From assembly GCA_043813805.1 (NCBI GenBank), contig JBDRKR010000025.1, forward strand, positions 1 to 62,277: a DNA stretch of 62,277 bases, read 5' to 3'. Source of the DNA: Candidatus Nealsonbacteria bacterium (GTDB taxonomy: Bacteria; Patescibacteriota; Minisyncoccia; Minisyncoccales; MHMH01). Shown here in pieces: positions 16,063-24,463 of this stretch. The notes beneath the pieces are model-generated. The model was given only the letters and a program-made list of their open reading frames with translations. It ran no database searches and had not been told where the DNA came from. A program made the translations under genes and the position numbers. Numbering within the stretch: the stretch's first letter is position 1; every line of letters starts with the position of its first letter.

Positions 16063-16819
16063 GTTTTTTGTTTTTGACTGGATTTTTTTTGATTTTCTTT
16101 TCGGCAAGAGATGGCTCCTCAAACGGTTTTTCCACTTCTTTGAATGATTCTTGCAGCAAAACGAAATGCTTTACTAAAATATCGGCTGCCTGGGAAAAAA
16201 CTTCCTCGGGGGTCAAGGTGCCGTCGGTTTCCAATTCCAAGATCAATTTATCGAAATCGGTTTTTTCTCCCACCCTCATGTTTTCAACCCGATAACTCAC
16301 CTTTCTGACCGGTGTGAAAATGGCGTCAACGGCAATAGTTCCGATTTCCAGCTTGCCTATTTTTCTCGCTTCCACCGGTTCATAGCCCAAACCCTTTTCC
16401 ACCAAAATTTCTATTTCGAGCGAAGAGGACTTCGCCGTTAAAGTGGCCAGATGAGCTTCCTTATTAATTAATTCAAGCTGGCTGGGCGCTTCAAAGGCCG
16501 AGGCTTTCACGATTTTAATTCCCTTACAGGAAAGAGTAGCCCTTTGAGGCTCATCGGTATGTAATTTAAATCTGAACTGTTTAATGTTTAAAAGAATCGT
16601 AATGACGTCTTCCATTACTCCGGGAATGGTTGAAAACTCGTGCTGCACCCCTTTGATTTTAACTTGGGTAACGGCAGCTCCCGGTAACGAAGAAAGCAAA
16701 ACTCGGCGAAGACTGTTGCCGATAGTAGCTCCGTAGCCCGGGTAAAGACCGGCTATTTCAAAAACAGCTAAGCAGTCTTGCTTTTGAACGATTTTTGGTT
16801 GAGACGGTAAAGGAATCAT
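16031..16819 (-). CDS. rpoA: RNA polymerase alpha subunit, N-terminal domain only
   Basis: 262 aa. The alpha NTD is followed by a Lys-rich tail. No alpha-CTD sequence is visible. Overlaps rplQ by 32 nt. Confidence 0.85.
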   Translation of the reverse strand: MIPLPSQPKIVQKQDCLAVFEIAGLYPGYGATIGNSLRRVLLSSLPGAAVTQVKIKGVQHEFSTIPGVMEDVITILLNIKQFRFKLHTDEPQRATLSCKGIKIVKASAFEAPSQLELINKEAHLATLTAKSSSLEIEILVEKGLGYEPVEARKIGKLEIGTIAVDAIFTPVRKVSYRVENMRVGEKTDFDKLILELETDGTLTPEEVFSQAADILVKHFVLLQESFKEVEKPFEEPSLAEKKIKKNPVKNKKHEKKTKRKKV

Positions 16820-16849
16820 ACTCTTAAATAATAATTAATAATAAATATT

Positions 16850-17479
16850 TTAGCGCGAATAAAATTCAAAAATAGTTGAGAGTTCCGCCGGCGGAGCGGC
16901 TTCAATTAAATTTGGAGCTCCCACCACCTCGACTTCTAACGTTTCCGGATTCAATTTTAACCAAACGGGCGGCTGGTATTTTTTAAGCAAGGATGCCATT
17001 TTTTCGATGTTTTTCTTTTTCCGCGAAACCGGATTTACAGCCACCTTGTCTCCTTTTTCCAGCTGATAAGAGGGCGCGTTGACCGCTTTGCCGTTAATCT
17101 TAAAATGACCGTGAGAAACGAATTGGCGGGCCTGAACCCTAGAACTCGCAAAACCTGATCGAAAAACGACATTATCAAAACGGCTTTCCAGTTTCTGAAT
17201 TAGAGTACTTGAGGCATCTTCAATCTTGCTCCCTCTCTTTAAAATATCTTTGACATATTTCGAAAACTGCCTTTCTCTCAAATTATACCAATTTTTGAGT
17301 TTTTGCTTCTCCTGCAACTCCTTACCGTATTCCGACATCTGCTTAAATCTCCCCTTTCTTTTGGGTCCGGGAGGATACGGTTTTCTGATCACAGCGCATT
17401 TGGGCCCAGAACATCGCTCTCCCTTAAGAAAAAGCTTCGTACCCATTCTGCGACAAATTTTACATGTATTGGTTTGCAT
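16850..17479 (-). CDS. rpsD: 30S ribosomal protein S4
   Basis: 209 aa with an N-terminal Cys cluster CKICRR...CSGPKC and an S4 domain. Confidence 0.95.
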   Translation of the reverse strand: MQTNTCKICRRMGTKLFLKGERCSGPKCAVIRKPYPPGPKRKGRFKQMSEYGKELQEKQKLKNWYNLRERQFSKYVKDILKRGSKIEDASSTLIQKLESRFDNVVFRSGFASSRVQARQFVSHGHFKINGKAVNAPSYQLEKGDKVAVNPVSRKKKNIEKMASLLKKYQPPVWLKLNPETLEVEVVGAPNLIEAAPPAELSTIFEFYSR

Positions 17480-17482
17480 AAT

Positions 17483-17941
17483 TTAGACTCTGCGAGCTTT
17501 ACGCGGTCGGCAACCGTTGTGAGGAATCGGAGTTACGTCGGTAATGACGGTAATGTCAAAACCTCGTCCGGCCAAAGACCTGATGGCCGATTCCCTTCCA
17601 GAACCTACGCCTTTAACGAAAACGGCGATCTTCTGAATTCCGATTTTCTTAATAGTTTGCGTCAATCCTTCAGCCACTTTAGAGGCGGCAAAAGGAGTGG
17701 ATTTTTTAGCTCCTTTAAAACCGATGGCACCGGCTGATGCCCAGGCTAAAACATTTCCTTTAGCATCCGTCAGTGTCATGACTGTATTGTTGTAAGAAGA
17801 AGAAACATAAATCCTCCCCTCTTTAATTTGTCCCGAAAAGGGGGCCGCAACTGGCGTTTCTTTTTGAACCTTAGCTTCCATCTTCTCATTTTCTGCAATC
17901 AGCTCTTTTTCAGTTTTTTGAATAATATGCTTTTTTCCCAT
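17483..17941 (-). CDS. rpsK: 30S ribosomal protein S11
   Basis: S11 core with about a 40-aa N-terminal extension. Ends in HNGCRPRKARRV. Confidence 0.9.
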   Translation of the reverse strand: MGKKHIIQKTEKELIAENEKMEAKVQKETPVAAPFSGQIKEGRIYVSSSYNNTVMTLTDAKGNVLAWASAGAIGFKGAKKSTPFAASKVAEGLTQTIKKIGIQKIAVFVKGVGSGRESAIRSLAGRGFDITVITDVTPIPHNGCRPRKARRV

Positions 17942-17953
17942 GTAAATTAAGTT

Positions 17954-18343
17954 TTACGTCGGTTCGCCTGCCGGTTTGCGACCCGAACCCACGGTCTTTC
18001 TGACGTTATGTCGGACGGTTCTGGTATTAGTTCTGGTCTGTTGTCCCCGCACCGGCAATCCCTTGATATGGCGAATACCTCTCCAACAGCCGATGTCTTT
18101 CAGTCTTTTTATTCCCATCATGCGTTCGCGTCTTAATTCTCCTTCGATTTTATAATTCTTTTCAATAAAATCCTTCAGTTTTCCGACTTCCACGGCCGTC
18201 AAAGCCGAAGCCTTAGTTTCGGGATTGATTTTTACTTGAGTTAAAATCTTACCACTCAAAGGACGACCTATCCCGCAAATATAGGTTAAAGCGATTAATA
18301 TCTGTTTATTTTCCGGAATGTTAATTCCCGCAATGCGTGGCAT
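17954..18343 (-). CDS. rpsM: 30S ribosomal protein S13
   Basis: MPRIAGINIPENK start. Confidence 0.95.
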   Translation of the reverse strand: MPRIAGINIPENKQILIALTYICGIGRPLSGKILTQVKINPETKASALTAVEVGKLKDFIEKNYKIEGELRRERMMGIKRLKDIGCWRGIRHIKGLPVRGQQTRTNTRTVRHNVRKTVGSGRKPAGEPT

Positions 18344-18355
18344 AATAAAAAAGTT

Positions 18356-18383
18356 AAGAACCTTGTCTTCGTCAAGAACCTTG
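18356..18383 (+). repeat. direct repeat AAGAACCTTG-N8-AAGAACCTTG
   Basis: Two identical 10-mers with an 18-nt period, in the rpmJ-rpsM spacer. Confidence 0.7.
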
Positions 18384-18396
18384 ATTTAAAAATAAA

Positions 18397-18510
18397 TTAA
18401 CCCTGACGTTGCTTATGTTTGGGGTTTTTGCAAATGACGTATAATTTTCCCTGCCGTCGAACTATTTTGCAATTATTGCAAATTGTTTTAATTGATGGTC
18501 TTACTTTCAT
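18397..18510 (-). CDS. rpmJ: 50S ribosomal protein L36
   Basis: Hand translation gives [37 protein letters not shown] (37 aa). Below the length cutoff of the ORF track. Confidence 0.9.
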   Translation of the reverse strand: MKVRPSIKTICNNCKIVRRQGKLYVICKNPKHKQRQG

Positions 18511-18517
18511 TGATTTG

Positions 18518-18736
18518 TCACTTTCCGCGATAAACTATTCTTCCCTTCGTTTCGTCATAAGGGCTCATCTCCACCGTCACCCTGTCTCCCGGCAATATTT
18601 TGATGCGGAACATCCGCAACTTGCCGGCCAAATGCGCCATTATCTCCTTACCTTCGTCGAGCTTCACCTTAAAGTGGGTACTGGGAAGCGTTTCTAGAAT
18701 AGTACCGCTTTTCCTTATAATATTTTTATTTACCAT
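18518..18736 (-). CDS. infA: translation initiation factor IF-1
   Basis: 72 aa, S1-like fold sequence. Confidence 0.95.
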   Translation of the reverse strand: MVNKNIIRKSGTILETLPSTHFKVKLDEGKEIMAHLAGKLRMFRIKILPGDRVTVEMSPYDETKGRIVYRGK

Positions 18737-18782
18737 AATACAACTAAGAATACAATTATGTATGATATCAGACCCTATTTAA

Positions 18783-20039
18783 TTAGTCAAGCCTTAACTT
18801 GATTGAAATATCGTCGACCTCAAAGGGAGCCCTATCGGCCCAAAAGGGCCAAATTCTTAATTGGAACTTGTCGACCTCGGAAAACTGCCTTAGGGATGCG
18901 GTAATTTCTTCCGGCCGCCGCGACCTTACCGACTCTTTAACGCTGTTTTCATCGATGGTCTGATAAATTTCGGCGGAAATCTCGACGCTTAAAACAATCT
19001 TTCCCTTACTTAAATCAACATCTTGGGGCAAATAACTGATGGCGACGGAATTGTCGTCCAATTGCTTGCCTTCGGGCACCTTGCCCGTAATATACGTTTT
19101 CGCAAAATCTTCCAAATCTATTTTTTTAAAAACCAGGGCTGTGGCCTTAGTTTTAATACTTAAGGTGAATTTATCAACCCCCTGCCCAACTTTGGTGAGC
19201 GGATTGACTTCGACGATCTCAGACTCAAGCGCTTCTTCGTTAATAACCTGTTCTTCCGGCGACAGAGAAGTTTGCAACGCCTTTCGGCAATTATCCAAAG
19301 CGATCGGGGTAAAAGAGTCTTCGGCCGAAGACAAATCTTCATCGGTTACCTGAGTTGTCTGTTTTTTTAAACCGCCGGTCATGGAACCCGAAGATCTCGC
19401 ATAGAAAGCGGTATAACGCGATGTCCCCGCTAAAGCAGGGAGAGAAAAAGTGGAAGGACCGATATTGTATTCTTCCCCCGCCTCTCCCGCTTCTACTGTT
19501 ATATCCAGCTCGCCCGGAATTAATTTACTTCCTTCGTAATGAGCGCCGGGAATGACTATTTTTTGAGGAGTTTTAAATAATTTACCGTCATCGGAAACGA
19601 AACGAGTATTAGCGATCAAAGCTTGCGGCGCAGTGGAATAAGCATTGTAAACCCGGATTGTGCCCGAGGCTTTGACGCTAAGCGTTTTTACGCCCGTAGC
19701 CGGAAATTCTTGAGTAAAAGAACACTCCCGGGTCTTGATCTCTCCGGCAATGTCGTTTCCGACCACAATTTGAGTTTTAACGGCTAACGGACTTTTTTGA
19801 GGCCAAATCGATATTTCAGCCTCAGGCTTGATCAAAAAATAACTTGCACAGGCTGCACAAACTAACGTCAAAATGGTCAAAATCGGCCACCAAACTACTT
19901 TCTTCTTTACTCTGATACTCGTTTTGCCCGGCAACCCCAATTTCTCGGAAAAAGCCTGCTTTTGAGGCGGCTTAACCGGAAACGCGATTTCCTTATGGTC
20001 TTTGGGCGGAATAATATCAAAAACTTTTCTGTTTGACAT
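18783..20039 (-). CDS. hypothetical membrane-anchored extracytoplasmic protein
   Basis: 418 aa with a single N-terminal TM helix followed by a beta-rich region. The -10 TGGTATAAT overlaps the alaS stop codon. Confidence 0.55.
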   Translation of the reverse strand: MSNRKVFDIIPPKDHKEIAFPVKPPQKQAFSEKLGLPGKTSIRVKKKVVWWPILTILTLVCAACASYFLIKPEAEISIWPQKSPLAVKTQIVVGNDIAGEIKTRECSFTQEFPATGVKTLSVKASGTIRVYNAYSTAPQALIANTRFVSDDGKLFKTPQKIVIPGAHYEGSKLIPGELDITVEAGEAGEEYNIGPSTFSLPALAGTSRYTAFYARSSGSMTGGLKKQTTQVTDEDLSSAEDSFTPIALDNCRKALQTSLSPEEQVINEEALESEIVEVNPLTKVGQGVDKFTLSIKTKATALVFKKIDLEDFAKTYITGKVPEGKQLDDNSVAISYLPQDVDLSKGKIVLSVEISAEIYQTIDENSVKESVRSRRPEEITASLRQFSEVDKFQLRIWPFWADRAPFEVDDISIKLRLD

Positions 20040-20052
20040 ATGACTAAGTATA

Positions 20053-21723
20053 TTATACCACTTCTCTTGACTCTAAGATTGCTCTGATGCGCCTGACGCC
20101 GGCGCTTGATGATTCTTCTTTGGTAATTTTAAAAACTCCTAATTCAGAAGTTCTTTTAACGTGTGGACCTGCGCAAAGCTCAATGCTGAAATCGCCGATC
20201 TGATAAACCTTAACGGTTTCGCCGTATTTTTCAGGATCAAAAGAAACTTTGGCGATTTTCAGGGCTTCGTTCTTGGGCATTTCCTTTATTTCCACCAAAA
20301 TATCTTCTTTGATTTTTTGATTGACCATTTCTTCAACTTTTTTAATCTGAACATCGGTCATCTTTTGAGGATAATTAAAATCAAATCTCAATCTTTCAGC
20401 CGTGATATTACTGCCCTTCTGATAAATTTCGGGTCCCAAAACTTCGCGCAAGGCAGCCAGCAATAAGTGGGTGGCCGTATGATATTTGACGGCTTCTACG
20501 CCATCGTCGGCCAATCCCCCTTTGAATTTCTTTTCAGCTCCCGCCCGCGAAACCTCTTGATGTAATACCAGCTCTTTTTCGAAATCTTCTCGCGTCAATG
20601 CTGCCGCCCTTGAACCGCCCGTTTCTTTGATAACCTCGTATGGTAATCCGAAACTTTCGTAAATCTTAAATGCATTTCTTGCGTCAATCTCCTTCATTTT
20701 TCCGAGTTCTTCAACCCCCCTGTTAAGCGCTTGATCAAATTTCTTATATTCTTCATCAAAAACGGCATTAATTGTAGCTTTATCTAGGTTGGTATAGAAG
20801 TCTTTATATTTTTCAACAACTAAATCAAACAGTTTTTGAGGCATTACTCCATCTTTTGTCAAAATAATCAATCGGCGCAAAAGCCGCCGGAGAATATACC
20901 CCGCTTCTTTATTAAAGGGCCGTACGCCATCGGAAACCAAAAAGACAATTCCGCGAGAATGGTCGGCGGCAATTCTTTTTTTGCGTTCCGATAAACCGGC
21001 CGGCATGGCCGCCATAAGGGGTTCAAATAAATCTGCTTCAAAAATGCTTTTTTTACCTTGGGCGATCATTGCTACTCTTTCAAGTCCCCACCCAACATCA
21101 ACTCCTTTCTGTGCCAAAGGCGTCAGCGAACCATCTTCGGCGCAAAAATATTCCACAAAAACTAGGGTCGCCACCTCAAGCCCGTCCACATAAACTTCAT
21201 TTGCCGCGCCACAGGGCCCTTCGTCTCCGACAGGCCCCCATACATTATCCTTCCTCGGATTCTTTTTGATCTGCTTCTCCGGTAAAAACTTTAGCCACGT
21301 TTTGTATGATTCTTCATCAAAAGGAATTTTCCCGTCTCCCTCAAAAACCGTTACTGTTATCCTATCGGTAGAAATTTTTAAAACTTTGGCGAGAAATTCA
21401 AAAGTCCACTCTATTGTTTCTTTCTTAAAATAATCTCCGAAAGAAAAATGACCCAGCATCTCAAAAAATGTATCATGGGTTTCATCTCCCACTTCGTCAA
21501 TATCCGAAGTTCTGAAAGATTTTTGGATTGAAGCCGTTCTCTGTGCGCCAAAGTCTTTTTTTGGGTCTGCTTCTCCTAAAAAGTATTTCTTAAATTGTTG
21601 CATACCGGCGGTGGTCAAAAGCACCGAAGGATCATCGGGAATTAAAGAAGAGGAGGGCACGATTTTGTGTCCCTTATCTTTAAAGAAATTTAAAAACTCA
21701 CTTCTTAGTTGCTGCGAAGTCAT
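20053..21723 (-). CDS. alaS: alanyl-tRNA synthetase (short form)
   Basis: Start placed at MTSQQLRSEFLNFF (Met22). Editing motifs HTATHLL and CAGPHV are present. No long C-terminal domain. Confidence 0.9.
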   Translation of the reverse strand: MTSQQLRSEFLNFFKDKGHKIVPSSSLIPDDPSVLLTTAGMQQFKKYFLGEADPKKDFGAQRTASIQKSFRTSDIDEVGDETHDTFFEMLGHFSFGDYFKKETIEWTFEFLAKVLKISTDRITVTVFEGDGKIPFDEESYKTWLKFLPEKQIKKNPRKDNVWGPVGDEGPCGAANEVYVDGLEVATLVFVEYFCAEDGSLTPLAQKGVDVGWGLERVAMIAQGKKSIFEADLFEPLMAAMPAGLSERKKRIAADHSRGIVFLVSDGVRPFNKEAGYILRRLLRRLIILTKDGVMPQKLFDLVVEKYKDFYTNLDKATINAVFDEEYKKFDQALNRGVEELGKMKEIDARNAFKIYESFGLPYEVIKETGGSRAAALTREDFEKELVLHQEVSRAGAEKKFKGGLADDGVEAVKYHTATHLLLAALREVLGPEIYQKGSNITAERLRFDFNYPQKMTDVQIKKVEEMVNQKIKEDILVEIKEMPKNEALKIAKVSFDPEKYGETVKVYQIGDFSIELCAGPHVKRTSELGVFKITKEESSSAGVRRIRAILESREVV

Positions 21724-21816
21724 AGCTATCTTAAATACTATCAAAAACCGTCCAAAAACAAAAGACCCATGCTTTTTGTAAAACATGGATCTTCTTCGAC
21801 GAGGAAACTCGAGGAC

Positions 21817-22059
21817 CTAGGAAACCGTGATCTCGGTAACCACCGCTTTCCCGAAGGTCTCTCCGACGATCGTCTCGCCCTTCCGAATCACGAACCTGCT
21901 GTCCAGGAAATGTAGCCGATCACCACGATAAACCTCCCTCTTTACCGGCTTTCCGTCAGCTCCCTTGGTCCGGCGCATGACGACCCCGCTCGGATCGACC
22001 GCGATCTTGAAAATGTTACCCAGTTCAGTCCTTGCTTTAATTGAAATGTTCATTACCAT
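21817..22059 (-). CDS. hypothetical small protein (78-80 aa)
   Basis: SD AAGGAG upstream, GC-rich sequence, no family recognised. Confidence 0.5.
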   Translation of the reverse strand: MVMNISIKARTELGNIFKIAVDPSGVVMRRTKGADGKPVKREVYRGDRLHFLDSRFVIRKGETIVGETFGKAVVTEITVS

Positions 22060-22247
22060 CTCCTTAAATTTATTTCTTCATAACGCCGAGCTGGCTACAA
22101 TCTATTTGATTAACACTATCGTCTAATCTACGTAAAAATACATATTTATTGTAACCACTTCGCCGCTATGAAGCGTAAAAAGAACTTCTTCCTTCCGCAA
22201 ATTATTAATCCCGAGTCACACCGAGGGACTGCTAATCTCTGGAAGGA

Positions 22248-22273
22248 GGAGGTTGTATAATGGCACAACCTCC
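22248..22273. other. 9-bp hairpin GGAGGTTGT/ACAACCTCC
   Basis: On the plus strand it sequesters an SD and the ATG at 22260, and it is followed by TTTTCG. Confidence 0.5.
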
Positions 22274-22454
22274 TTTTCGTCGCCTACTTGCCTGCTTTAT
22301 AGGCGATGGCTTCATCCTTCTTCAGGATGACAACGTTGTTAATGACATAATACGCCATTACTGCGCCTCCTTTTTATTCTTTCTACCTGCATTATACCAT
22401 ACCATCTCAAATTTGTCAATGGTTTCTGCAACCCTTCAGCGTGGTTCAGAATAA
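22260..22454 (+). CDS. possible small hydrophobic protein (64 aa)
   Basis: SD GGAGGAGG lies 7 nt upstream. Overlaps the antisense 24-aa ORF. Confidence 0.25.
   Translation: MAQPPFRRLLACFIGDGFILLQDDNVVNDIIRHYCASFLFFLPALYHTISNLSMVSATLQRGSE
22284..22358 (-). CDS. possible 24-aa peptide MAYYVINNVVILKKDEAIAYKAGK
   Basis: SD AAGGAGG lies 7 nt upstream of the ATG. Confidence 0.25.
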   Translation of the reverse strand: MAYYVINNVVILKKDEAIAYKAGK

Positions 22455-22485
22455 ACAAAAAGGGAGGGCTTATAACAGCTCTCCC
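22451..22485 (-). terminator. rho-independent terminator
   Basis: Hairpin GGGAGAGC-N8-GCCCTCCC followed by TTTTTGTTTATT on the minus strand. Confidence 0.65.
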
Positions 22486-22496
22486 TTCAAACTTAA

Positions 22497-23705
22497 TTAG
22501 AGTACAACGTGAGAAAGGAAAAAATGGCATCGCGACATGGCCATATTTCTCCTCTTCATAATGTGCTGCCATATCGAGGCGGCATCTTTCGTCTGCAATT
22601 TCAACGGATCTAGCGCCAGAATCGAAACAATCATTCTGCCCGGCAGAATAAATGGCTCTATGTGACGAATAATCTCCGAAGAGACGACGGGTCGAAGTTC
22701 AACAGTCCTGCCCACAGACGACTCCGCTCTTTGTTTCAAAAACCACAGCCCGGTCTGCAGATCAACGCTACCCAGTAAAAAAAGAGTATTGCCGTCAACT
22801 GCATCACCGGTGATAAAACGGTCATCGGGTAACGCGATTTTCTCCGGAGCGAAAAATAAGCTTACCACGCGCATACTGCCCAGCTCTTTAGAAATCTGGT
22901 CAAAAATCATTCGATACCTCTCTGAGGCAGAATCGTTAAGAACGGCTGTTTCCTGCAACATCGGGGCTCGACAGCTAGCGGCTCTCGGGAACCCCAATTC
23001 GCATGCCGCCACGTCAAAATTCCATCGTATCAGCGGAGCACGCCAGCCCGAAATTTTAGCGCGCTCAATCAATCGGCCGATTGTCTCCGTATCGAGGAAG
23101 TTGCTTCTTATCCCTCCCCGTGCATCGCCTAAAGCTATTTTTCCGAACGAATTTTTGGCTGCCCGGTCGTAAAGGACTTTTGCTTTATCCAGGCCATTTT
23201 GGGTCGGCACATCCGAGATAGGAACAAAAGAAAGACCCAAAGAAATAACAGTAAGAATATTCTTATCGATTTGATCGAAAGCAATCCTTATAGCTCGACC
23301 GACCAAATAATCTTGGGCCCACCGGCTAAAACTATTTTCTCCTGCTGCTTCCTCTTCCGCCCTCCTGAGTTTTTTCTCCAATTCCTCTTTCTGCGATATT
23401 AGGGCTCTTTCGCCCGGCTGAAGATAAACACTCCATTGCCGAAATTCGGCAATGGCCCGGTCGAAAACCTCCCGTTTCTTCAGAAGATCAAGCACTGCTG
23501 AAAATCGTCTGGCCGCCTCCGTCTCCTTCTTAATTTTGTCAGGATGGACACGAGCGGCCAGACCACGGGCAAATTGCTCACATTGGGCGTAAAGCTCGTC
23601 ATCGCTCAACCCCAATTGCAGAATAGCCGGAGAAAGGCCGATAAGTTCGAGAGGGTTCGGCTCTTTGGTAATTCCACCCAATTTGTCGCTGAACGAATCA
23701 CTCAC
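22497..23705 (-). CDS. orphan J-domain protein with an unknown C-terminal domain
   Basis: 402 aa with a GTG start. HPD motif context is LAARVHPDKIKKETEAARRFSAVLDLL. No DnaJ Zn-finger or CTD. Confidence 0.65.
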   Translation of the reverse strand: MSDSFSDKLGGITKEPNPLELIGLSPAILQLGLSDDELYAQCEQFARGLAARVHPDKIKKETEAARRFSAVLDLLKKREVFDRAIAEFRQWSVYLQPGERALISQKEELEKKLRRAEEEAAGENSFSRWAQDYLVGRAIRIAFDQIDKNILTVISLGLSFVPISDVPTQNGLDKAKVLYDRAAKNSFGKIALGDARGGIRSNFLDTETIGRLIERAKISGWRAPLIRWNFDVAACELGFPRAASCRAPMLQETAVLNDSASERYRMIFDQISKELGSMRVVSLFFAPEKIALPDDRFITGDAVDGNTLFLLGSVDLQTGLWFLKQRAESSVGRTVELRPVVSSEIIRHIEPFILPGRMIVSILALDPLKLQTKDAASIWQHIMKRRNMAMSRCHFFLSHVVL

Positions 23706-24315
23706 TCGCCTCTACCTCCCCTTCAATGATTTTATACCCCTCTGGATTAGGAAAGGATTTAAGCAGGATAATGACGTCACGACTCGTCAAAATATTAGGT
23801 ATCCCCCTTTTTCCTTCGCCCGCGCAATGCCGAGCAATCTCTCTTAAAAATATGCCCGCTGCCGCAGTTTCATTGATGCGCAAACCGAGCCGCTCAACTA
23901 TCAGGAAAGATTCGCCAATCACCAACTCAACGACGCTTTCGACATCAATTCCGTACGCCAGAGCAAGCTGAGCCGCGGTTTTCCAGCTGATACTGACATC
24001 GTTGTCCTTACAAATGTCAAAAACCGTGCAAACTCGCTCCAGTTTTCGTCCCACTTCGTCTACCCTGTCGCGAGGGATATTCTGATTGCTAATCAGCACT
24101 CTCAAGACCATATTAAACGTTTCGGGCCTCATCCCCAGCGGCCAATCTTCAGACACGACCAGATACATTCTTTGCTCAAGAACCGCCGGTAAACTTCTCT
24201 GGATACGGGCGAGGACCGTTTCCGGCCGCCAACCGAAACGATTAGCCAAAGAGCCGACTGTCGGATTTGCGGGAGTTAATTGTTGCTTGTCGACAATGAC
24301 AATTATGTTTCCCAT
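23698..24315 (-). CDS. hypothetical protein with HTH-like segments
   Basis: 205 aa. SD AGGAGG lies 10 nt upstream. Has an 8-nt overlap with the downstream gene. Confidence 0.55.
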   Translation of the reverse strand: MGNIIVIVDKQQLTPANPTVGSLANRFGWRPETVLARIQRSLPAVLEQRMYLVVSEDWPLGMRPETFNMVLRVLISNQNIPRDRVDEVGRKLERVCTVFDICKDNDVSISWKTAAQLALAYGIDVESVVELVIGESFLIVERLGLRINETAAAGIFLREIARHCAGEGKRGIPNILTSRDVIILLKSFPNPEGYKIIEGEVEASE

Positions 24316-24379
24316 TACGCTTATTCCTCCTATTTCCTTTCTGTTTTATTTTCAAAGGACCGTCAAATTACCTAAAAAG

Positions 24380-24407
24380 ATTATACTACATTTTGTCGTT
24401 TAGTCAA
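24380..24407 (-). promoter_or_regulatory. promoter TTGACT-16-TATAAT
   Basis: -35 at 24402-24407 and -10 at 24380-24385, read on the minus strand. Confidence 0.55.
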
Positions 24408-24427
24408 GGATTAAACCTTCCCAAGCC

Positions 24428-24457
24428 AAAATGAAAGAGGCTAAACCTCTTTCATTT
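24428..24457. repeat. palindromic terminator-like repeat, copy 3
   Basis: aaatgaaagaggctaaacctctttcatttt, directly downstream of mnmA. Confidence 0.8.
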
Positions 24458-24463
24458 TAAATC

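Noticed and set aside
15712-16122. Long forms of several ORFs: rplQ from 16122, alaS from 21786, gatC from 4312, rplX from 33931, secY from 30507, glgP from 61622 and the AK-like gene from 47834.
   Set aside because: Internal Met codons reproduce the conserved N-termini and remove overlaps with upstream genes. The N-terminal extensions look like read-through of upstream sequence.
16031-16122. The rpoA/rplQ overlap read as evidence of a frameshift that hides an alpha-CTD.
   Set aside because: None of the three frames downstream of the alpha NTD encodes anything resembling an alpha-CTD. The overlap shrinks to 32 nt with the corrected rplQ start. Loss of the CTD is kept as a finding rather than called a pseudogene.
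22339-22572. 77-aa minus-strand ORF spanning the end of the J-domain gene.
   Set aside because: It overlaps the 3' end of the 402-aa gene in another frame and runs through its terminator hairpin.
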